From NCBI GenBank assembly GCA_021787665.1, contig JAJYLN010000006.1, forward strand, positions 7,912 through 71,911: a stretch of 64,000 nucleotides of DNA, read 5' to 3'. Positions 56,707 to 64,000 of the stretch are shown piece after piece (within the stretch, counting starts at the first letter, position 1; each line of letters begins with the position of its first letter). Source of the DNA: a bacterium (lineage in GTDB: Bacteria; JAMCPX01). A program made the position numbers and the translations under genes. The notes below the pieces were generated by a model. It was given only the letters and a program-made list of their open reading frames with translations. It was not told the origin of the DNA and ran no database searches.

Positions 56707-57727
56707 ATAGGAGACCCAAGGCATTGAGTAATGTTTGGGCAATAGCATCCCACGTTATCCCGGCAATCGATTCCTTGCCATTCTTTCCCATCGTTGAAGC
56801 TTTTTCAGGATTGTTGTACAAAAAAGCAATTTTCTCTGCAATGAGCCTTGGATCGGGTTCGCAGACAAAGCCGCTTCGATTATCTTGAACAAAATGTGCA
56901 GGTTCTCCAGAATCAGAACAGGTTAAAACAGGTTTTTCGCTTTTGAACGCTTCGAGTGTTATATAACCATAGTCCTCATGGATTGGAACAAAAGGTACTG
57001 CCAGTGCATTCGAATATAAATCGACGAGTTCTTCATCGCTGACCCTTCCCAGGAACTCTATCCTTTTATCCTTTTCTGCCAGCGCATAGAGTTTTTCTTC
57101 ATCTTCGCCGACGCCCGCTATCTTGAGGCGTACAGACTCTCTGACATATTTCATGGATTGTATAATTAAATCCACCCGCTTCCACCGATGCAGCCTGCCC
57201 GGAAGGAAAAGGTATTCCTGGTATTTCCCCGGCTTGAAATTATCATACGCCAACGCAGGATGCAACACTTCACTTTTCAGGCCATTATACCGAAGCAACC
57301 TATTTGAAACGGTGTTCCCAATGGTGAACACCTTTTTGACGCGTGGATAATGTAATGCGGCCGTATCAAGCATAGTAATAAATTTTCTCTGTTCCAATAA
57401 TTCGGGAGTCGGACAGAGAAATTCATTCTCAAACATATCATAAAAAACCCGCATGGTATGTACCAGATAACAAATATGATTCTTATGCCTGATAAGATAG
57501 GAAGGTGCTTTTGTAGAGATGACACCATCATAATCAGAAAGATCTGTATCATAAAAATTCAGCAAGGACTCTTTGATCCTGTCGAAGTTTGACTCGTCGC
57601 CCACCAAGCCGATCATATCCGTTTGGATATCCCATGCCTTAAGAGCGGCCACGAGACCGTCATAAAAACGTTCTGCCCCTCCCCTTTCTTTGTTCTTCGA
57701 TGTTACCGTGACAACAGCGACCTTCAT
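56687..57727 (-). CDS. GT4 glycosyltransferase
   Basis: GGAER, GRLHRWKRVD, PIHEDYGYITLEAF. Confidence 0.92.
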   Translation of the reverse strand: MKVAVVTVTSKNKERGGAERFYDGLVAALKAWDIQTDMIGLVGDESNFDRIKESLLNFYDTDLSDYDGVISTKAPSYLIRHKNHICYLVHTMRVFYDMFENEFLCPTPELLEQRKFITMLDTAALHYPRVKKVFTIGNTVSNRLLRYNGLKSEVLHPALAYDNFKPGKYQEYLFLPGRLHRWKRVDLIIQSMKYVRESVRLKIAGVGEDEEKLYALAEKDKRIEFLGRVSDEELVDLYSNALAVPFVPIHEDYGYITLEAFKSEKPVLTCSDSGEPAHFVQDNRSGFVCEPDPRLIAEKIAFLYNNPEKASTMGKNGKESIAGITWDAIAQTLLNALGLLYDRQTV

Positions 57728-59379
57728 CCTTTGTAACCTATTATTGAAAAGTCCTGCTCCATGTTCATTCTATACAAGACTTCATCGACAAACTTTTGAT
57801 TTGTATAGTCTGGTTCTTTGATTTTATGGAGTTTTAATATCTCTGTGTTTAAGAACCCTCTTTGCCTCGCGAGAAATCGCAGGGTTTCTGGTGGGAGTGG
57901 GTGAAGATGGGTGGGATCTACATAAAAATTACATGCCCCCACTATCAGATTTTCAGGATTTGGCGTTTCAAATAGTATCATACCGCCGGCTTTTAAGGTT
58001 CGAAAGCATTCATCAAGCAGGCGAATCAAAATTGTAAACGGTATATGCTCAACAATATGATACCCGGTGATTATATCCAATGAATCCGATTTTTGTTCTC
58101 TCAGATATTGTATGACATCTGCCTCCGTAGCATCAAGGCCAAGCTCGCCGCATTGTTGGACCATCATTCTATTTATATCTATGCCTTTTGCATGGTATCC
58201 GTTTTCTTCCAGCAACTCCAGCCATTCCCCCCTACCGCAGCCGATGTCCACTATGCTGGCTTCAGCTCTATCAGGCTTCATCTTCTCAACGGTCGGCAGA
58301 TAAACTTTTAATCTTTCCTTGATATCGGCACGCGCACCCCTGAATTGATTCTCAAATGCAACATACAGGGCGTCAAGAATATGACTTTCAGTTTTTACGA
58401 TATTCTCTGCCGGCCCTTTCGTGACCTGTTCCGGCAGTTTCATTTTTACCTGTTCCAGCAACGCGGTAATGGTTCTTTGTTGATTCAGGATATCTAATTT
58501 GTTCTCTTCAACTTTATTTGCATCAGCTTTGCGCGACAATTCATTCTTAATATCACCAACCACTTGAACATCGGCTTTATTCTTTAATTCATTTTTTACT
58601 TCATCTACTGCTTGAACATCGGCCTTATTCCCTAATTGATTTATTACTTCATGCACTGCTTGAACATCGGCTTTATCCGTTAATCCATTTTTTACTTCAT
58701 CTACCGCTTGAATATCGGCTTTATCCTTTAATTCATTTTTTACTATATCTACCGCTTGGACATCGGCTTTTGCTGACAGGCCCTTGCTTACTTGAGCAAA
58801 TTGCTGATCAGTATACACTTGAGATTGTTCAATGTTTGTTACTATCTTGGGTAATTGTACTATTGCTGTTGTAACCCGCAGCATGTATCCAAACAATGGT
58901 ATGCGATAGGATACATTAACGAAGTATCTAAGAAATAAACCCTTTATTTTTACCCCCTGTTCCCTGCCCTCCTTTGAGTATCTCAGAATGCCAAGTATCT
59001 GGAGTTTATTGAGTTTATTTGCTTTTAATTGAGACACATAAAGATTAAACCCAGCTTCATCAGGTATCCTTTTAAGGATACCTGAATAGGCATGTGTAAT
59101 GAAATCTTCACCATTATCTTTTAAGAGGTCTTCCAGGGAGGCATAGTCTTTATACTTGGAAATATGTTTTTTAAACTTAAAAGCAATCTTATAGACAACG
59201 TTATAAAATGGATACTCTTGTAATTTATGTTGGGCCTTCTTGATAAAAGTCCAGGTCCTTGCTTCACTCGCCTGAGGCTTTCCTTTCAAGGATTTTTCTG
59301 CTTTCTTTTTAGACAATTCTTCCCTGATCTTCTCCATGATTGCATCTACATTAATTTCTGGCATGTTATTCCTTTCCAT
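57724..59379 (-). CDS. DUF4214 + coiled-coil repeat + SAM methyltransferase (glycan-capping-like)
   Basis: FITHAYSGILKRIPDEAG (DUF4214-like), 16-aa repeats, FENQFRG, VDIGCGRGEWL, HIVEH, ETPNPENL, FYVDPTH. Confidence 0.85.
   Translation of the reverse strand: MERNNMPEINVDAIMEKIREELSKKKAEKSLKGKPQASEARTWTFIKKAQHKLQEYPFYNVVYKIAFKFKKHISKYKDYASLEDLLKDNGEDFITHAYSGILKRIPDEAGFNLYVSQLKANKLNKLQILGILRYSKEGREQGVKIKGLFLRYFVNVSYRIPLFGYMLRVTTAIVQLPKIVTNIEQSQVYTDQQFAQVSKGLSAKADVQAVDIVKNELKDKADIQAVDEVKNGLTDKADVQAVHEVINQLGNKADVQAVDEVKNELKNKADVQVVGDIKNELSRKADANKVEENKLDILNQQRTITALLEQVKMKLPEQVTKGPAENIVKTESHILDALYVAFENQFRGARADIKERLKVYLPTVEKMKPDRAEASIVDIGCGRGEWLELLEENGYHAKGIDINRMMVQQCGELGLDATEADVIQYLREQKSDSLDIITGYHIVEHIPFTILIRLLDECFRTLKAGGMILFETPNPENLIVGACNFYVDPTHLHPLPPETLRFLARQRGFLNTEILKLHKIKEPDYTNQKFVDEVLYRMNMEQDFSIIGYKG
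58531..58770 (-). repeat. Intragenic tandem repeat: 5 x 48 bp (16 aa, KAD[VI]Q[AV]V...) plus a partial sixth
   Basis: KA codons recur at 58770, 58722, 58674, 58626, 58578 and 58530, exactly 48 bp apart. Confidence 0.95.
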
Positions 59380-59426
59380 GACAACTCCATAAATAGTTAT
59401 TGTGTAGCTTTATGGTGCTGCTGCAT

Positions 59427-61022
59427 TTAAAAATACCCAAGGGCTTTCAATTGCTTCACAATCTTTTCTTTTTCGCCGGCTACGGCATGGTTTTCTGCGA
59501 AAATACGTTCGCCAGCAGTGGCTTCCTTTTCGATTTCCGATACGGTGCCCAGAACTTGGTGAAAGTCACGCAAAACATGTATGTCAGAAGCTGCGGTTAT
59601 GGGTGTTTCCTCATAAGGATCTGCTTGTAAATCAAAGGCGAAATAATTTGGATTTGTTCTTGCTTCTTCGGAAGATAAGAACTCTTTCCATTTTTCCCTG
59701 CGTGTAAAGAGTCTGTTTTTTAACGTCTTAACATGGTATTCAAGTCCTTCCGGTTCCTCCCATCGTCCAAGAACTTTCCTGTAGAGCGTTTTAATGAATT
59801 GCTCGTCGTCAAGTATTGTATCATCTAACGCCACATCTTCTTGTTTGCCCCTCATAACGAATTTCCTGTCTGCCGTCCTGATGGACCTTTGACTGAGCAA
59901 CCACTCATTATCGTCCATAAATTGATGCGGAATTAATGGATTTCCACGCTGATCCTCCGATAGGTCAGCATTTCTTCGTGGCGACCATTTTTCCGAGAAG
60001 GCCTCTTTTCTGACCTGGTGGACAGGTACGGCATCAAGGGCATGTTCCGGTTTAAAAGATATACTTGAGAGTTCCAGAATGAGTACGAATATATCGCAGA
60101 CAGACAATAACCTGTGGTCTGTTGAAGGCTGTACATCCCTGTGGAGGATAAACAGCGGCACCCTCAATACGTTGTCGTAAAGGTCTCCGCCGTGAGAAAA
60201 GAAGTCAGGGTTGTAGCGGTCGCATTTTCCCTCGCCATGATCTGAAAATATAACAATAAGACCGGTATCGAAGAAGTCCATTCTGGTGAGCACTTCCGTA
60301 AAAAGTTTGAACCTTCCGTAATCGAATTTTGTAACCCCCTTTACATATATCGGCAGCATATGCTGCACATGCCTATGGGTGCTATCAGAAAACTCTCGCC
60401 ACAGCGTGTGAGGCCTCCTATCCTTAATTTCTATACCCTGCTGTTTGTAAAGAGTTTCCATTAAAACAAAATAATCATTATTATAGTCTTTGGAGCTTGG
60501 TGTTTCGCTGAATAAATAGGGTTCGTGTATATCAAAAAAATGTACAAACACAAACAACTTATCTTTTTTATGGTTTGCCATAAAAGTATATAACCCTTCA
60601 TCGTCTCTTTCGAAAAGATGATCGAATCCCCTTGTCAGGTCCAAGGGTTTAAATAATGCCATGACGTCTGTAGCAAACACCGTTATGTACCCGTTATCTT
60701 TAAAGATCTCTGCAAGCGTCTTTATATTTCTGTTGAGCTTGGTGTCATAAAAAGCCCTTACGCCGTGGTGCGGAGGATAAAGACCTGTAAAAACGGAAGT
60801 ATGTGCCGAAGTTGTATAGGTGTTTGTACTGAAACACTGGGTAAAGCAGAGTGCCTTTGCAGAAAGTTTGTCTAACGTCGGAGTCTCAAGGAGAGACGTA
60901 ACATTATATTTATCCAGTTCTTTCTTGTCCGGTTGATAACCCACACAATCAAATCTCAGGTTATCGATCGATATAAGTATGACTTTGTCCGGAGTGGATC
61001 TTTTAACGTTAAACATGGTCAT
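59427..61022 (-). CDS. Alkaline-phosphatase/sulfatase-superfamily protein with C-terminal DUF4214-like insert
   Basis: ISIDNLRFD, TPTLD.L, YTTSAHTSVFTG (no C/SxPxR), HFFDIHEPY, FSDHGEG, RVPL, LYRKVLGR...G...SSEE. No signal peptide. Confidence 0.8.
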   Translation of the reverse strand: MTMFNVKRSTPDKVILISIDNLRFDCVGYQPDKKELDKYNVTSLLETPTLDKLSAKALCFTQCFSTNTYTTSAHTSVFTGLYPPHHGVRAFYDTKLNRNIKTLAEIFKDNGYITVFATDVMALFKPLDLTRGFDHLFERDDEGLYTFMANHKKDKLFVFVHFFDIHEPYLFSETPSSKDYNNDYFVLMETLYKQQGIEIKDRRPHTLWREFSDSTHRHVQHMLPIYVKGVTKFDYGRFKLFTEVLTRMDFFDTGLIVIFSDHGEGKCDRYNPDFFSHGGDLYDNVLRVPLFILHRDVQPSTDHRLLSVCDIFVLILELSSISFKPEHALDAVPVHQVRKEAFSEKWSPRRNADLSEDQRGNPLIPHQFMDDNEWLLSQRSIRTADRKFVMRGKQEDVALDDTILDDEQFIKTLYRKVLGRWEEPEGLEYHVKTLKNRLFTRREKWKEFLSSEEARTNPNYFAFDLQADPYEETPITAASDIHVLRDFHQVLGTVSEIEKEATAGERIFAENHAVAGEKEKIVKQLKALGYF

Positions 61023-61560
61023 ATTCCCCTGATTTAACCAAAATCTTTTTTTCTAACAAAGAAGTCTGCAATGCCATGAAACTTTCATCTATAGTACATG
61101 TATCCGTTTCAATAGCGAGGTCTGGGGTTAACGGCTCCTCATAAGGATCATCTACGCCGGTGAAGTGCTGCATGAGCCCCCGTCGTGCCTTTTTATACAT
61201 GCCTTTGACGTCCCTTCTTTCGCAAATAGCAACGGGGCATTTTACATATACCTCAAAAAAAATATCGGCGAGCTTCTTTTGCTCTTCTCTGACCGCTCTA
61301 TAAGGGGAGATAGCCGCAACGATGACGTTTATGCCGTGTTTGTTCAACAGCCTGCTCAGCCAGCCTATTCGCCTGATATTTTCATCCCTGTCCTCCTTGG
61401 TGAATCCAAGTCCCCGCGTGAGATACTGTCTGACGACGTCGCCATCGAGGAGTTCAACATTCATCATGCCGCCTTTCTGTACATGGTCATACAAAAGGGT
61501 AGCCAGGGTCGTCTTGCCAGAACAGGGCAGACCTGTGAACCATATTGTAAAGCCCTTCAT
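61009..61560 (-). CDS. cysC: Adenylyl-sulfate (APS) kinase
   Basis: IWFTGLPCSGKTT, LDGD, LGFTKEDRDENIRR, ISPY, RDVKGMY, FTGVDDPYE.P. Confidence 0.95.
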   Translation of the reverse strand: MKGFTIWFTGLPCSGKTTLATLLYDHVQKGGMMNVELLDGDVVRQYLTRGLGFTKEDRDENIRRIGWLSRLLNKHGINVIVAAISPYRAVREEQKKLADIFFEVYVKCPVAICERRDVKGMYKKARRGLMQHFTGVDDPYEEPLTPDLAIETDTCTIDESFMALQTSLLEKKILVKSGEYDHV

Positions 61561-62399
61561 TTCAGCGGCCCCTCAACAAAGGGTACTTCAAAAACCTTTT
61601 CATGCATGATGGGACCATGACCAAAGAACCCTCGTTCTCCAAAGAGTTCACCGTGGTCTGCGGTAACGATAACATAGGTATTTGAGGGACATTTATCTAA
61701 CAGTTTTCCCATCACCCCATCGATATATTCGATACATTCGATCTGCTTCTTCTTGAACCGCTTCAACATACTCCTGTTAAAAAAAGCGGGAGGCTTGTCG
61801 GCTTGGGTCGGGTCCTCCTCGGTAGCATTCATGAGATCATCCATGTGTTTGAATACGCCGTGAAGGCCGTGCATCTTGGGGTAAACTACAGGGTCTTCCC
61901 CGGGGAGGACATACGGGTAATGTGCCTCGCCCACATTAAGGAAATAGAAACAGGGCCGGGAACCATCAAATGTAATTTCATCGACCATACCGGAAAAGTC
62001 GTTGTGATGGTCCATAAGCTTGTAATCATCGAAAAATGCAGAAAAGCCGGTAAACTTATTGAGCACCGGCAGGGATACCTTTGCAATCGTTTTATAGCCG
62101 AGAATCTTGAGCACCTTGGGAAGACTCAATTCAGGAACAAAATTTTTAAATGTCAGCTCGGTCCCGATCCGCTGGGTCCACAATCCAAGCTCTTTTTTAT
62201 ATACTTCTGAGGCAAATATGCGCGCGGGGTTACGGTGGGGCATAAGTCCCATGAGATAGACGTAATGGGAAGGCGATGTCCAGCTTGCATAGCTGTACCG
62301 TTTTTGCACCGCGCCCAATTTCTTTATATTGCTGGTTTCCGCATTTATAAAGTTATCGTACCGTGCGCTATCGATGATAAGAAAGATGATATTGTTCAT
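61557..62399 (-). CDS. Alkaline-phosphatase-superfamily metalloenzyme
   Basis: IIDSARYD, ASWTSPSH, GEAHYPY, TADHGELFGE...GH, EVPF. No signal peptide. Confidence 0.8.
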   Translation of the reverse strand: MNNIIFLIIDSARYDNFINAETSNIKKLGAVQKRYSYASWTSPSHYVYLMGLMPHRNPARIFASEVYKKELGLWTQRIGTELTFKNFVPELSLPKVLKILGYKTIAKVSLPVLNKFTGFSAFFDDYKLMDHHNDFSGMVDEITFDGSRPCFYFLNVGEAHYPYVLPGEDPVVYPKMHGLHGVFKHMDDLMNATEEDPTQADKPPAFFNRSMLKRFKKKQIECIEYIDGVMGKLLDKCPSNTYVIVTADHGELFGERGFFGHGPIMHEKVFEVPFVEGPLK

Positions 62400-62424
62400 G
62401 CTAAATAATTCCGCTATCCTTAAA

Positions 62425-62799
62425 CTATTTTTCCACTTTTTTTACAAATATTGCCAAATCACTGAGTATTTTCTCTGCAACTTCTTTTTTAATATCGCTA
62501 AACTTGTAATCAGAATCCTCTCTTTGTTTTCTTAAGAATTTATAGATCTTTCCATATTCTTTTGGAAAGATCTCTGCTTTCACGAAAAATTGATTAAAAG
62601 CTGACTCTACCCCTGAGTGCTTTACCCTCTCACCATCTTTTGTAAGCAGCATTGCGTTGGTAATGGCGAAGATAGAATAGTACGCCCTGTTTGCCAATGC
62701 TCGGTATCTTTTAGATTTAAAAAGTTCCCGTGCAGTTTCAAGATCTTCTTGAGCTTTTTCTAAACGTTTTTTGACAAGAACCTTTACGTTTTTGTCCAT
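62425..62799 (-). CDS. HEPN-domain protein
   Basis: A.EDL..A, NRAYYSIFA, KHSGV, R...DY. Confidence 0.85.
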   Translation of the reverse strand: MDKNVKVLVKKRLEKAQEDLETARELFKSKRYRALANRAYYSIFAITNAMLLTKDGERVKHSGVESAFNQFFVKAEIFPKEYGKIYKFLRKQREDSDYKFSDIKKEVAEKILSDLAIFVKKVEK

Positions 62800-63140
62800 A
62801 AATCAGTTCCATATTTTTCTATCTGGTTGTAGAGAGGATCTCTGTACTCTTTGTACCAGTTAAATTCTCTCCTATCCATAACTAATGGAGAGAGGACTAC
62901 AAGGTTTTTCAACTCAGGATCAAAAGAAAGCATAGCAACCTTGCTTTTGAATTTCCAATCATTCTTTTTTACAACTACCAGGATATCTACATCAGATTCG
63001 CTGTCATAGTCGCCTCGCACAAAAGAACCAAACAACCTTACATTGAGTATGTCGTTTTTAAATCTTTTTCTTAATACTTCCAAATACTGTGTCATCGCTC
63101 TTTTAACCTTTAAAGGTATTGGTTTATTTTTGGATTTCAT
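62784..63140 (-). CDS. Minimal nucleotidyltransferase (MNT) antitoxin
   Basis: LFGSFVRGDYDSESDVDILVV; overlaps the HEPN gene. Confidence 0.9.
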   Translation of the reverse strand: MKSKNKPIPLKVKRAMTQYLEVLRKRFKNDILNVRLFGSFVRGDYDSESDVDILVVVKKNDWKFKSKVAMLSFDPELKNLVVLSPLVMDRREFNWYKEYRDPLYNQIEKYGTDLWTKT

Positions 63141-63195
63141 ATTCTATTGATGCAACAATGACAGAAGTATCTACCGTTATTTCTTCGATCATCAT
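63124..63195 (-). pseudogene. Truncated PIN-domain (VapC-like) toxin N-terminus
   Basis: MMIEEITVDTSVIVASI matches the PIN start (xxDTSV). ATG overlaps the upstream stop; the frame ends after 23 codons inside the MNT gene. Confidence 0.6.
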
Positions 63196-63404
63196 TTTTC
63201 TTTTAGCTGTCTCATTTCTTCTACGGCCGTGTACCCTTTCCCTTGAGCAGATACATCTTTCATAAGAAGCGTCCATCCAGAAATCTGTCTATCTGTAGTC
63301 TTCCCATTTTTAATTTTTGGGAGCATACTATCCTTTTGTATTTCTTTACTGTCATGAAGCATGTGATTTAATTTTGTAGATAGCTTATCTCTTAAGATCG
63401 CCCT
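63192..63404 (-). pseudogene. Putative antitoxin (VapB-like) with lost start codon
   Basis: TTGATT-17-TATCAT promoter and AAGGAGG SD are followed by in-frame AGG (63404) instead of ATG. C-terminus SAQGKGYTAVEEMRQLKEK; coupled to the PIN stub. Confidence 0.4.
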
Positions 63405-63552
63405 ATAACCTCCTTGATAACGATGATAGTATAATACGTTATTGAAATCAAGACATGCTATCATGTTAAAATTGATGGCCAGTCAGCACATTTGGAACAG
63501 AGCTGTACCCTTCCTTGCGTTGAAAATAAAAGCGGTTTCCGGCACCAAATCC

Positions 63553-63999
63553 TCAGGCGCCCTTGCCCTGGCTCCCGATGAGCTGTACGAACCTGTTTAC
63601 GAACGCCAGGACCTTTGCTGCGTGCCCGGGGTACACGATCAGCTTCCCCCTGCGTATACCACGTATGGATTCCCTGACCACGTCCGCCGGACTATCCACG
63701 AGTGCCCGGATCACCCGCCTCGTCGGTCTGCTACCGTAGTCGGTCGACCGGAGGAGGGGGGTGTTTGCCCAAAACGGCAGTATGATGGTCACATCGATAC
63801 CGCTGGAGTGTACTTCCCCGTACAGGGACAGCCCGAACCCCCGCATACCGAACTTGGAAGCGGCGTACGCCGCGCTCTGCCTTGTTGCGATGACCCCGGC
63901 AAGCGACGAGACGAGCACGATGTGCCCCCGGCGTCTCTTCAGCATAGCGGGCAAAAACAGATACGTGAGTCTCATGGCCGAGAGCAGGTTTACCTCCAT
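63553..63999 (-). CDS. Short-chain dehydrogenase/reductase, C-terminal part (runs off window end)
   Basis: MEVNLLS, GHIVLVSSLAG, YAASK (YxxxK), TPL. Confidence 0.9.
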   Translation of the reverse strand: MEVNLLSAMRLTYLFLPAMLKRRRGHIVLVSSLAGVIATRQSAAYAASKFGMRGFGLSLYGEVHSSGIDVTIILPFWANTPLLRSTDYGSRPTRRVIRALVDSPADVVRESIRGIRRGKLIVYPGHAAKVLAFVNRFVQLIGSQGKGA

Positions 64000-64000
64000 G

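Noticed and set aside
58531-58770. CRISPR-like periodicity
   Set aside because: Contiguous in-frame 48-bp coding repeats with no unique spacers and no cas genes. No CRISPR array was seen anywhere in the window.
59427-61022. Calling this protein a true arylsulfatase
   Set aside because: No (C/S)xPxR formylglycine motif and no maturation enzyme nearby; kept as superfamily-level only.

Overview
A 64-kb bacterial chromosomal segment. The gene content (single-domain PilZ, GSU2086-like, DUF2378-like proteins, octaheme cytochrome, lpt-rpoN cluster) suggests a deltaproteobacterium-like diderm; this is inference. From 1 to 50 kb it is mostly GC-rich housekeeping DNA: an aldehyde dehydrogenase 3' end, a decayed IS256, kdsB-pyrG, cstA, TetR plus two acyl-CoA dehydrogenases, lpxC, HIT/DUF502/PilZ/YjbQ, feoA, a CaCA antiporter with a K+-independent H+-PPase, fmt, an OTR-family octaheme cytochrome, zapB-zapA-ygfA-rny, a long thiol-redox gene run, rnr, maf, two orphan lipoproteins, and kdsC-lpxL-lptCAB-rpoN-ftsK-lolA-rimO. 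From about 50.1 to 63.5 kb lies a visibly AT-rich surface-glycan island, bracketed by a decayed MNT-HEPN pair on the left and an intact MNT-HEPN pair plus a destroyed VapBC-like pair on the right. It encodes glycosyltransferases, a GT4-GT2-methyltransferase fusion, a methyltransferase with 5x48-bp coiled-coil repeats, and an APS kinase flanked by two Thr-nucleophile alkaline-phosphatase-superfamily enzymes. Best leads: (1) a possible non-canonical glycan sulfation module in the island; (2) a complete sigma54 + IHF + UAS architecture upstream of lpxC; (3) an unannotated sigma54-preceded 45-aa ORF next to a possible decayed sigma54 activator; (4) ruler-like repeats; (5) recurrent leaderless-type promoters; (6) no room for 6S RNA at its usual locus. 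All family assignments come from motif recognition by eye; no searches were run.
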